DNA from: Octopus bimaculoides
Lineage: Eukaryota
Reading direction: 5' to 3'
NCBI RefSeq assembly: GCF_001194135.2
Contig: NC_069000.1
Coordinates: forward strand, 41,539,964 to 41,603,963
Length of the DNA stretch: 64,000 nucleotides
Part shown: positions 1 through 11,200 of the stretch, piece by piece
Numbering within the stretch: the stretch's first letter is position 1
How the letters are laid out: the number at the start of each line of letters is the position of its first letter
The notes under the pieces: generated by a model
What the model was told of the DNA's origin: nothing
The model's database searches: none
Seen by the model: the letters and a program-made list of their open reading frames with translations, nothing else
Made by a program: the position numbers and the translations under genes

Positions 1-323
1 GTGGCACGTGTAAAGACATTCAAGCGAGATCGTTGCCAGTGTCACTGGACTAGCTCCTGTGCAGGTGGCACGTAAAATACACCACTTTGAGCGTGGCCGT
101 TGCCAGTACCGCCTGACTGGCCGTCGTGCCGGTGGCACGTAAAAGCACCCACTACACTCTCTGAGTGGTTGGCATTAGGAAGGGCATCCAGCTGTAGAAA
201 CTCTGCCAAATCAGATTGGAGCCTGGTGTAGCCATCTGGTTGCACCAGTCCTCAGTCAAATCGTCCAACCCATGCTAGCATGGAAAGCGGACGTTAAACG
301 ATGACGATGATGATGATAATGAT
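1..323 (+). mobile_element. (GAT)n-tailed RTE 3'-UTR-type repeat; other copies at about 1150-1376(+), 1790-1985(-), 11020-11520(-), 25595-26090(-), 35655-35945(-), 51690-51885(+), 54600-54930(+)
   Basis: Shared core GTGGTTGGCATTAGGAAGGGCATCCAGCTGTAGAAAC...CCAACCCATGCTAGCATGGAAAGCGGACGTTAAACGATGATG. Confidence 0.8.
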
Positions 324-1551
324 GCAGAAGATCAAGCCCAAGGCCTTCATACATCTACAAACACAAAATGCTATTTTATTTTATAAATTAATCAATATGA
401 GCCGGTGGCCAGCTAAGCCTAAATATGCTATCATCAAACGTCAGTCTTCCATGCAAGCATATGTTGGCCAGTTTGGCAAGAGGTGGTGAGCCAGAGGACT
501 GCATATTGCCAACATCTTAAAAGTTTAGAACTGACAGAACATAAAGAAGTTTTGAAAGCAGATAAATCTGTAAATAACAGCATGCAAATATTGGGCTAAA
601 AAATCTATTTTCTGTACAGAAAGTCAAAGGCTATTATTTATATTTAAAACCTGGTACTTATTCCATCGGTCATTTTGCTAAACCATCAAGTTATGGAGAT
701 TGTAAAACAAATCACCACTGGTTATCAAGCAGTGGGTGGGGGAGACACAAAGGCAGACACACACATATACGAGCTTCTTTCAGTTTCCCCCTCTACCACA
801 TCCACTCACAAGACTTTGGTCAGCCCAGGTGTATAGGAGAAGAGTGGGACTGAACTTGGAACCATATGGCTAGAAAACGAACTTTTTACCACACAGCCAT
901 GCCTTCATCTATTAAAGTAACACTTAGTCAAGACTCACATCACAGATTAAAACTTTCATGTGGTTGTAGAAAATTGATATTAATCAATTTCAGTAACTTG
1001 TCCAGTATGTGCTCATTTCATGGATCCATCAAAGTGAGTGACCAAGCTGAACCTTTGAAGCAAGATGGCAAAGGACAGAGATAACTGGTGCCTGGCCATA
1101 CTCTAAGAAGACCCATACCCAACAGCAAAGGTGTTAAGACCAAGCCTTCTGGTGGTGCAAACCATTTGTGGCGGTGCCACATAAAAGCGCCCATGTAGTG
1201 CCATATAAAAGCCCCCCAGCACACTCTGTAAAGTGGTTGGCATTAGAAAAGGCATCCAGCTGTAGAAACCATGACAAATCAGACTGAAGTCTGGAGCAGA
1301 CCCCCAGCCTGCTAGCTCTGTTCACACCAGCCAACCCATGCCAGCATGGACAGCGAACATTAAATGATGATGATGAGTTAATTAGACACACATATGCATG
1401 TATGCACGCCCATAAACCAGCAGAGGAGTCACTATCTGGTCGTTCACCTGCCAGAAATAGCATTCTCTAAAATCACAACCTGCTTCAAAATGTAGATTCC
1501 ACATTAGAGAATTTAATGCTAGAGACATGATACAACAAGCAGGTTACTTAC

Positions 1552-1685
1552 TTTAAACAAACATCAGCACCGCATTTGTCACAAACAACCACTTCAGTGC
1601 CAGCTGCTGTGCACTGCACAATGCTGCACTTACGAAGCAAAGGCAGTGCATCATCTGAGCTTGGTGGCAGATCACTGAGATTACA
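1552..1685 (-). CDS. ZFAND1: ZFAND1 coding exon 4 (start of second AN1 finger)
   Basis: TCTTTGCAG| acceptor, AA|GTAAGT donor; C-x4-C-x10-C-x2-C-x4-C pattern. Confidence 0.85.
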
Positions 1686-4600
1686 CTGCAAAGATAAATC
1701 AACATATATATATAGAGAGAGAGAGCAGTGTATATTTACGTGTGTGTGTGTGTGTATATACATGTATGTCTATGTAAAAATGCATTATATATCGTCATCA
1801 TTTGACTTGTTCCATACTGGCATGGGTTGGATGGTTTGACAGGAGCTGGCCAGATTCCAATTGTCTGTTGTGGTATGGTTTCTACGGTTGGATGCCCTTC
1901 CTAATACCAACTACTTTACAGAGTATGCTGGATTCCTCTTGAGTGCCACCAGCATGAGTGCATATTATGTGACACCAGCACCTGTAAAAGACAAGCTTGT
2001 ATATATATATAGATGACAGCAGAAAGCTATCTTCTCTACTGTAGAGCCACTCAAAGGACAGGGACCTTAGCAATATATGCCACTTAGCAATCTCGCTAAT
2101 CCTTGTACTACGGAAAAATTATCCAAACTCAGACACAAGCAATAGGAAATCTCATTTCATCTAGGTCGTCCCATAGGACACCCCTTTTTTGTATAGGGGT
2201 CTCGGTTGCACATACAATAGGAGTCACAGGGCACTGCTCCATGTGGTCCCGCAGTTTCCATCTAACTAGGAATATTAGGGTCTCATCCATTGTCTCGTAT
2301 TCAAGATCTTCTGTATGACATCCTGCTAGTTCAAAGCCAGGAATCTGATCTGCAAGGTCCTGCTCTGCTACCAATGCTTCAATTTATTGCCATTGAGGTT
2401 TACTCCTTTAATGGTCAAGGTTTTGTCTGTCTCCTACTCTTNNNNNNNNNNCCTGCCTGAAGATTTCTCTCCCTCCAGCATTGCTCTCCAGGTCAATGGA
2501 GCACACAGGCACTTCACCGCGACAAGGTACTTGTTGAATTGGCCATTGACTCCACAGTAGTTCTTCCGCCCTTTGACAGGTCCTATTTTTCGTTCCGCAG
2601 GGTGTCCAACAATCACCCTCCTCACCAAGCATCCAGTATTACAAATCACGCAGACGCTGGAGCTAGACACAGTCCTTCAGACCAGTCAGATCCTCCTGAC
2701 AAGCCATGTAACCATGTTAGCATGGAGAAAAGTACGGATGATGTTGCTGCTTAATTAAACACAACACAACAATAACATGACAATATTGAAAATTGATATA
2801 AATGAAATAATAACAAACCTTACTACAGCCATGAGAATCAGGAAATTTGTGCTCCAAGCTGGAATCATACGGAAAGCAAATTACCATTAGTGTTCCTGAA
2901 CTACTCTGGAATTTTTGTAAAGAGCAAGTTAGACAAAACTGGTTTAAATTTTGGCATCACTAGTGCCAGTTGTGACACCAGCGTCTGCCACAATTACGAT
3001 TTCACTTGGCTTGATGGGTCTTCTGCTCAAGCACAGCATATTGCCAAAGGTCTTTCTCATTTGCTATTGGCTCTGTCATTGCCCAATGCTCAAATGGTGC
3101 TTTTTACATGCCACCAGTACAGGTGTTAGTTGTGTGACACTGGCATCAGCCACATTGCCTCAGCAAGGCCCAACACTCCAAAGGAGCTTTCTACGAGCCA
3201 GTGGCACTAGTTATGCAACACCAGCATTATCCACATTGCCTCCATGGGGCCCAATGCTTGCAAGGAGCTTTTTACATGCCACCAGCACAGGTGCCCTTTA
3301 CGCGGCACTGGCATCAGCCACATTGCTTCAGTGAGACCCAACACTCAAAAGGAGCTTTCTACGAGCCAGTGGCACTAGTTATGCAACACCAGCATTATCC
3401 ACATTGCCTCCATGGGGCCCAATGCTTGCAAGGAGCTTTTTACATGCCACCAGCACAGGTGCCCTTTACGCGGCACTGGCATCAGCCACATTGCTTCAGT
3501 GAGACCCAACACTCAAAAGGAGCTTTTTACGAGCCAGTGGCACTAATTATGCAACACCAGCATTATCCGCATTGCCTCCATGGGGCCCAATACTTGAAAG
3601 CTGTTTCTCACATTCCACTGGCATGGGTGCTAGGTCTAGTTGTATAAGTGTATCTGTATTTGCAGGAGTATGCTCATGCCTGTGTGTCAATGTTTACACC
3701 TCTTTGAAAATCCCAAGCTGCAAGCAGAAATGCAGCTGGTGCTTCTCATCACCTTCAAAGATGTGAAATAAGTAATCCGTCACTTGAAAAACAAAGATAA
3801 AATTTGTGACAAGACCTTCAGTAGCCAAACAACACCACATGGTCCCGGGTTCAGTCCCACTGCGTAGCACTTAGGGAAAGTGTCTTCCACGATAGCCTCA
3901 AGCCAACCAAAGTCTTGTGAGTGGATTTGGTACAGGGAAACTGAAAGAAGCCCATGCGTGTGCGTGTATACGCACACGTACACATGTGTTTTCCCTCAGC
4001 AATGCTTGACAACCAGTGTTGGCGTGTTTACATCTCCACAACATAGCGGTTCACCAAAAAAGGATCAATAGAATAAGTACTAGATTCAAAGAACAAAATG
4101 TAATGGAGTTGATTCATTCAACTAAAATCCTTCAAGGTTGTGCCCCAGTATGGCCACAGTCTGATTGAAACTAGATAAAATGTGTGTGTGTGTGTGTGTG
4201 TGTGGATATTCATTTTAATATTTCATACACAGCAGGTGTGTGGCAGAGCAGTAAGAAGTTTGCTTCCCAACTACATGGCTCTGGGTTCAATCCCACAGCA
4301 TGGTGCCTTGGGTACCTCTGCTCCAGCCAGAGGCCAACCAAAGCTGAGGAAGGTTTCAGAATACAGAAACTGAAACAAGCTGATCGTGTGTGTGTGTGTG
4401 TGTGTGTGTTACTGTCTCTTTGCCTTGGCATTGTTTGATCAATGTGCCTGAGTGTCGCCATAATGCAAGTGGTGTCCATCATTCCCATTTCTCATCTTCT
4501 GTGAAAATATGTCTGGGAATGAAGAAACATCACCTCAGAAACAGATGAAGGTTAGTGTCAGTTTGCTGTNNNNNNNNNNNNNNNNNNNNNNNNNNNNNNN

Positions 4601-7040
4601 NNNNNNNNNNNNNNNNNNNNNNNNNNNNNNNNNNNNNNNNNNNNNAAAAAAAAAAAAAAAAAAAAAAAAAAATTCTGCCTCAACAAATTCTGTTCGACCC
4701 ATCCAAGGATGGAAAAGTTGGTGCTTTTTGGTTATCTCACCGCCATTAAAAAATTTGGTTATTTCCTCCAACTGAAAAAAATTGTTTAACTTTCAATAAA
4801 ACAAAAAATTAAAAAAAGAAAAATTAATAAAAGTGAAAAGATTAAAGATCTTATTGAATCTGGTAATATTTTTATAACAAATCCTACCATTCCTATTGAG
4901 GAGGTCAAAGGTCAACAATGTGTTGAAGTATTGAATCAAAAGGATCTAACTCTTTTAATTCTTTCTCTTGTCACCACATTAACTCGATTTCTAAGTGGGG
5001 AGATAACCCAATTTTTTAATGGCACTTTTCTAATGGGGGTGAGATAACCAAAAAGTACTGAAAAGTTGATGTTGAAACGATGAAGGCAATATCCAAAAAA
5101 AGGGAGTTGTTACTTACCAGTAAACCTTAGAACAATAGGAGCACTCAAATGGCAGGAAGTCTGAGAGAGAGAGGCGAAAAAAAATCATTTTTGAGAGAGA
5201 TACTTTCTAGAACAGACACAGAAGTATGTTGCAGGCTTCTGCCTGGCCAGCCCCGTCCAACCCATGCCAGCATGAAAGGAAGACGTTAAAACGATGATGA
5301 AGGTGAATAGGATACCCTTCCTGTCTCTCATTCTCTCGCTACAAAGCAAGACATTTCCCTATGACCAGGCATGTTTTCGTGGCAGATTGCATACGAATGA
5401 CAACACTTGTACTCATGCATATCACGACGGTGGTTTACAAGCTTGCTTCCAAACGATGTGGTCTTGGGTTCAGTCCCACTGTGTGGTACTTAGTGCGAAT
5501 GTCTTCTATTATAAGCTCTAAACCAACCAAAGCCTTGTGAGTATTTATGTGCCTGAAACTTAGCACTTCAGCAAAAGTGATTGACAACGTAAGTATTAGG
5601 CATAAAAGAATTAGTTGATTCATTTAACTAAAATTCTTCAAAGCAGTGCCACAGCATGGCCACTTAGTTTCTGGGCACGTAAGCATACGAACACTTGTTG
5701 TTAAGCAGTGGTAGGAGACAAGCAAAAAATTTCTGAAAATTCCAAAATATGAAATAGTTATGAGAGGTTAAATGAGGGCTAGATGCAGAATTCGGCGAAG
5801 GTAAAAAATACGCACACCAAGTGGTTAGGGTCAGAGTTTTCGTCCAGAATTCTACCCATTGTCAGTGACAAACAAACGAGGGGGAGAGGGTCGTGAGATG
5901 TGCTATAAATAAGAGCTAAATAGCCCTTAGCCCATAAAGCGCTGGGATTTGCACTTACACAACATGGACTGTTGAGCACATTTTATGAAAATGAGACTAC
6001 CATGCACACATAAGAAACAAAAAAAAATCGTTAAAATATCTTCTTAGTACATAATGGTGGCAAGTTTTACATCAACTGAAAAGTCATTAGTTGAACTATT
6101 AGTCCTCTTGCATTTTGGTGGGTATCGGAGCGTCTGAGTGACATCAGACCCTAACAAACGCCCATAAATTAAGTGCATCTATCAGGGCCACAATCGTGGT
6201 CTGTCGACCTGTGCCTGACGGCCACAATCGTGGCCCGTCGCGGTTAATGTGTTAAATTACACACAGAATTTGGTAAATTTTTCAGATTAACACCCGCACG
6301 ATCTTCACTAGGGGGTTAGGGTTAGGGTTTTAGGGTTTGGGTTAGGGAATTCCGTCCCTAACCGTAACCCTAAAACCCTAGTGAAGATCGTGCGGGTGTT
6401 AATCTGAAAAATTACCAGACTATCTTCTTGCTTTTGCATAATCGTATGAATTCCTGTGTGCAGAACACAAATTCGCTAAAGTTTTCTGAAAATTCCAAAA
6501 AAAGTTATGAGGGGTTCTAGGAAGAGCTTACAANNNNNNNNNNNNNNNNNNNNNNNNNNNNNNNNNNNNNNNNNNNNNNNNNNNNNNNNNNNNNNNNNNN
6601 NNNNNNNNNNNNNNNNNNNNNNNNNNNNNNNNNNNNNNNNNNNNNNNNNNNNNNNNNNNNNNNNNNNNNNNNNNNNNNNNNNNNNNNNNNNNNNNNNNNN
6701 NNNNNNNNNNNNNNNNNNNNNNNNNNNNNNNNNNNNNNNNNNNNNNNNNNNNNNNNNNNNNNNNNNNNNNNNNNNNNNNNNNNNNNNNNNNNNNNNNNNN
6801 NNNNNNNNNNNNNNNNNNNNNNNNNNNNNNNNNNNNNNNNNNNNNNNNNNNNNNNNNNNNNNNNNNNNNNNNNNNNNNNNNNNNNNNNNNNNNNNNNNNN
6901 NNNNNNNNNNNNNNNNNNNNNNNNNNNNACATATGCATACATGTATATAAATATATACAAACGCATACAAATGTTAACTTACCTAAAAGTTTGCAATCAG
7001 AAACCTGACATTGCTGTCCCAGTCGAGGAAGTTCAGCCAT
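1552..7040 (-). CDS. ZFAND1: AN1-type zinc finger protein 1 (ZFAND1), 5' part: coding exons 7040-6983, 5160-5118, 2858-2819, 1685-1552; the gene continues beyond position 1
   Basis: The phase-consistent GT-AG exon chain translates MAELPRLGQQCQVSDCKLL-DFLPFECSYCSKVYC-LEHKFPDSHGCSK-CNLSDLPPSSDDALPLLRKCSIVQCTAAGTEVVVCDKCGADVCLK. This is one complete AN1 finger plus most of a second, matching the ZFAND1 N-terminus as I recall it (MAELDIGQHCQV...DFLPFVC..C...FCLEHRSRESHGC). Confidence 0.9.
2819..2858 (-). CDS. ZFAND1: ZFAND1 coding exon 3 (LEHKFPDSHGCSK)
   Basis: TTCCAG| acceptor, AAG|GTTTGT donor, phase 2 to 0. Confidence 0.85.
3100..3600. repeat. 168-bp tandem repeat (about 3 units), each made of related 87-bp and 81-bp subunits
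   Basis: ACGAGCCAGTGGCACTA at 3193, 3361 and 3529; CCACATTGC at 3231, 3318 and 3399. Confidence 0.9.
4719..5060. mobile_element. MITE-like element
   Basis: Inverted ends GTGCTTTTTGGTTATCTCACC and GGTGAGATAACCAAAAAGTAC, plus sub-terminal inverted GCCATTAAAAAATT. Confidence 0.55.
5118..5160 (-). CDS. ZFAND1: ZFAND1 coding exon 2 (DFLPFECSYCSKVYC)
   Basis: CTCTCTCAG| acceptor, TG|GTAAGT donor, phase 1 to 2. Confidence 0.9.
6271..6417. repeat. Foldback palindrome whose inner arms are TTAGGG/CCCTAA telomeric-type repeats
   Basis: Near-perfect inverted arms around a 6-nt loop (6349-6354). Confidence 0.85.
6983..7040 (-). CDS. ZFAND1: ZFAND1 coding exon 1 (MAELPRLGQQCQVSDCKLL)
   Basis: ATG at 7040, preceded by TTTTAG|A (acceptor). 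Donor G|GTAAGT, phase 1. Confidence 0.9.
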
Positions 7041-7107
7041 TCTAAAAATTAAAAGTAAAATAAACGAGTTAAATTAAATGACTTTATATTTCTTGTTGCA
7101 AAACATC

Positions 7108-7155
<48 letters not shown>

Positions 7156-7287
7156 ATATATAGACACCACGTACCCCTACATATGTACCTACAACAGCGT
7201 TGACAATTAAATATGCAAATGATTTAAAACATTCACACACACACACCTACATAAATGTATACATAAATACTTTTTCGCGCGCATAGT

Positions 7288-7484
7288 TTCGAACCACAAC
7301 TGTATAATTTCTGCGGCATAACTACAGGATTTTACCCGCCATAGAAAATTTCATTAAAAAATATTCAATTTTCTGAAAGTTATGATCTCCCAAAGTCTGG
7401 GGAGTAAAACCCTGTAGTTATGCCAAAAACACTTTCCTACGGTACTGCACGGTGGATCTAAACTCACAGCCACGTGGTTCCGAA
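7288..7484. mobile_element. Small nested inverted-repeat (MITE-like) element upstream of the ZFAND1 ATG
   Basis: GGCATAACTACAGGATTTTAC (7315) and GTAAAACCCTGTAGTTATGCC (to 7424); outer TTCGAACCAC and GTGGTTCCGAA. Confidence 0.5.
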
Positions 7485-8078
7485 GTGAAATCATCGTTGT
7501 TTTTGCTGTCCAGTTTGTGCAAAATAAATAACCCAGCGACTTTCTTTGCGGTGCAAAAAATGTTCAACTAAATAATAAAATAAAATGAAATGCTTTATGC
7601 AAAGAGAATGGATATAGCCTTTTTTTTTTTAATTTTCAAGGAAATTTCAGAGAGAAGTGCAACAGGCCCAGGCCCGTTGACAGTGTTCGAACCTGGGACT
7701 TAGGCCTGTTGCTTTACTGAGTCTGAAATTGTCGGATATTCTCTCGCCATTTTCCCATCCACCTGTTTCTTTCTCCCCTTTCCTTTTCTGTCTTACCTTC
7801 CCTCTCTTTCTAGCATCATCTCTCCCCCCCTCCTCTCTCTCTCTCTCTTTCCATCTTACCTTTCATATTTCTCTTTTTCTCTCACCTTTCTTTTCATTCT
7901 CTCCGTATCACTCTTTGTCTTTTTCGCCTTTCTCTTTTTCTATTTTATTTTCATATTTTTCTCTCTTCTTTCCATCTCTTTTTTCTTTGCATGTCTTTCT
8001 GTCATACTTTTCCTCCTCCTCTCTGTCTTACTTTCCCCCCCTCTTTCCCGCGTTATTTACTGCTGAGCACTTCATTTA

Positions 8079-8149
8079 ACCGGAAGCCAGGAGTCTTCGA
8101 GACAGGACCATATGGCTGATGCAATATAAATCCTTTCCCTCTCTCTTTC
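8079..8149 (+). promoter_or_regulatory. Candidate core promoter between ZFAND1 and EIF2S2: ETS-like ACCGGAAGCC (8079-8088) and polypyrimidine TCT/TOP-like initiator (8131-8149)
   Basis: Motifs read directly. CCTTTCC (8132-8138) and TCTCTTT (8142-8148) fit YC+1TYTYY. Function is inferred. Confidence 0.4.
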
Positions 8150-8262
8150 ACTAAATATTACCTCGATCTGCGCTGGTAAAGACACAAAACAACTAAATAG
8201 ACATCAAATATAAACATACACATATACATACTTTATAAATTTAAGAAGAAATACCTTAAACA

Positions 8263-8280
8263 ATGGCTGATGACGAAGTG
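8263..8280 (+). CDS. EIF2S2: EIF2S2 exon 1 (MADDEV)
   Basis: CAATGG start context, donor GTG|GTAAGT, phase 0 matching exon 2. Confidence 0.8.
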
Positions 8281-11200
8281 GTAAGTGATTTGAAATTAGT
8301 AGCTTAAAACATCAAGGAACTGGGAGGGAGTCTTTTATATTCCATCATGTTGGATGTTATTCGGGCCTACCTTTCAAATTTTTAAATAATATATGATTCG
8401 TTGCAGAATTCTATATAATAGATTTGATTGTTCTTATATTAAAACGTTTTCTTTAAAAATATGCTCAGTATGGCTATATTAACATCTGATTTATCGTTTA
8501 GATGACAAAAGTAGAATATTTTTTAATTAAATAATTATATGTTTATAAACCCAAGTAGTTAAGATTTGTGCCCTCAATATTTAAAAAAGTTTTCCTTCGT
8601 TTTCACGTTCTTTTGTTCATCCCCCAACGCTGTTAGCATTTAAACATGCACTCATGGATAATAAAAAAAAAAGGCAGTTATAAGTCATCTCTTTCATAAT
8701 CACAGGTTATTGTAAAAGTAAAAATTAAATGATTGCATTGATTAAATACACCCCAATATAAATTTTTAAAAGACCGGGTTGTCACGATGTGATAGCCTTC
8801 AAGCGGATCTCGACTCGTTCAGGACAACTAACCTAGGGCTAAACAATATGGAAATGATGAGACGTGCTCACGAAGGATCGACGAAGTGGTTACATCCCGT
8901 GCGAGAAATAGCAGTCAGATCTCTTTTGTAGTCGTCCTGCTGCTTGGACGAGTAACTGGGGCAGAATGAGTAATTTCTATTTTGTCGTTATTTTCTCCCT
9001 ACAAGAGGCGATCTTATGCCAAGTAAAAATTGGTCAGTATAGTTGTTGACGGTGATAAAATCGAGTGGCAGGTACTTTTCAAGAAATTTTCGAGGCTAAT
9101 GCAGATTCGCACCTCACCTTGCAAACTCGGATTCTTGGGTTTTTACATATCGGAGATTACGACTGTGAACTTGTCACTAGGGGGTCACTCTTCCAATAAC
9201 CTAGGAGTAAAGGTATCTTTTTTGTTAGAAACAATGGGAAAGTGCGTAATTTTACCCACCCGTCTCGGCCTACATACAAATTTAAATGTATATTAAAGTG
9301 TGGAAATTTCATTAAAGCATGTATGTAACGTGGAAAAATGTGGGGATTTTAACATTATCGAAACAACAATTTCTGCAGTTTTAACCAAATTAATATAGAA
9401 CGTGCACTTTACATACCTGTTTAATGAAATTTCCACCCTCTTAATACTGTACAGAGTATACAAGGATTTGTTTGAAAGAATTTTATTCCGAGGGGTGGGG
9501 GGAAGAAATTTCGGAAAATTCGCACGACCCGACTTTCTTTCCTCGTAACTTTCAGGAAAATGGGTGTTTTTTTGATGAAATTTTTTACAAATATCTTCCA
9601 AACGACACAGATTACGACTATAATGGAATTTCGGGAAAAAAACGGAGTTTTGAATCAGGAGACCCACATAATTTGGAATTTCTAAGTTTTGACTGGGGGT
9701 TTTCCAATTTAATTTGCGGTATTTCTGAAAATTTCGTTAAAAAGTATCCATTTTTCTGGAAGTTATGAGGCAAAAAAGTCGAGAGGGATACATTTCTTTT
9801 GTTCCATTGATTGTAAAAATAATGAATTTGAATGTCTTGCCCAAGTCAGCCTTGGTGAAGCAGGCGTTCCACCTGAGACCATTCATTGTCATTTCAAGAG
9901 AACAACATTACCCAATGTGTCCTCCTTTTCTTCAGATGGTTGAATTTGAGTGTTCTTTCTAGCAGGTTAAGCAGTTGCATATAGACTGCCATCGCCTACT
10001 TATTTGCCCATCGTTTCTATGGTCTTTTTCTCTCTTCTTTGTTTCAGCTACCCTTTGACCCTTCGTTGAAGAAAAAGAAGAAGAAAAAGAAAACTCCTTT
10101 TATGGAGAGTTCTGAAATGGATGGCACCAGGATGGATGCCCCAGCTGCTGATGGCACGCCAAGCGAGTCTACACATGATCAGACTGAGGGAGATATAGAT
10201 CTTCTCTGTGACAAGTTAGACCAAGGTTTGTTGTCTTTAAATTATATTTTGGTCTAACTCCTCGTTGTTTTTTAATGCCCGGTTTTCTATGCCTGCACAG
10301 TTCAAGAATTTGTTGTGGCCAATTTTCTACCGCCAAACATCCTTCCTGTTGCTAACTGTCATCTGTTTCCAAAGTAGGCAATGTTTTCTCATGGCTAGAC
10401 ATGTATTCATAAGAAGACTAAAAATCAGATCTCATTGCTGTATGCCAAGACAAAGAGACAAACATACACTCTTTGCTAAAAATTCCGTCTATTATTGTTT
10501 TGTTAGAAAGAGCATTGTTTGGTTTCCCACTTCTCAGCAAAACTCACTTCCTCTAGAGTTTCTAAGACTTCTCTAATGACATTGTTTCTCTGTAATTCTA
10601 GATTTCTCTCTGGAGCTCACAAAGAAGAAGAAAAAGAAGAAGAAGCCTACAGATCTGGATGAGCAGCCCGACAGTGCCCCTGTAAGTGTTACTTGAGTTT
10701 AGTGCTCAGTGGTTGTCTTGCTGTTATGTTCAAGAGTAGGGTGCAAGTGCGCTATCTTAATGTTAAATATTACACTTTAACGCTTTCAAAAGTGCAGAGC
10801 CTCTGGTTGTAATGTTTACAAGGAATGTAAACATCATGTCATTGTTTACATCTGTCGTCCAATGTCCAACACAAGAGGCACACACATGTTTATATATGTA
10901 GCTCACTTCAACTCTTTAGCATTTAAACCAGCTATATCCAGTCCAAATATTCTTCTTGTTTTATGTCAAAACTGGCCAGATCCAACCTCTCAAATATACC
11001 CTGTAATGTCATTCATCATCATCATCGTCGTCGTTTAACATCTGCTTTCCCTGCTGGCATGGGTTGGATGGTTTGACTGAGGGCTGGCAAGCCAGAAGGC
11101 TGCACAGGCTCCAATCTGATTTGGCAAAGTTTCTACTGCTGGATGCCCTTTCTAATGCCAACCACTCCGAGAGTGTATTAGGTGCTTTTTACATGCCACT

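Noticed and set aside
1-1551. ZFAND1 exon 5 (expected to start with an HRH...DH.C segment)
   Set aside because: No suitable exon was found on the minus strand; it presumably lies left of the window.
2100-2670. ORFs 2129-2374 and 2408-2670 as a gene or LINE endonuclease fragment
   Set aside because: No recognisable motif or splice chain; lies in a ZFAND1 intron. Probably a decayed retroelement.
2951-3647. Repetitive ORFs of 127 and 148 aa
   Set aside because: These are a by-product of the 168-bp (multiple of 3) tandem repeat.
8853-8960. Possible box C/D snoRNA in EIF2S2 intron 1 (ATGATGA at 8853)
   Set aside because: No box D (CTGA) at a suitable distance and no terminal stem. No convincing snoRNA was found in the other introns by eye.
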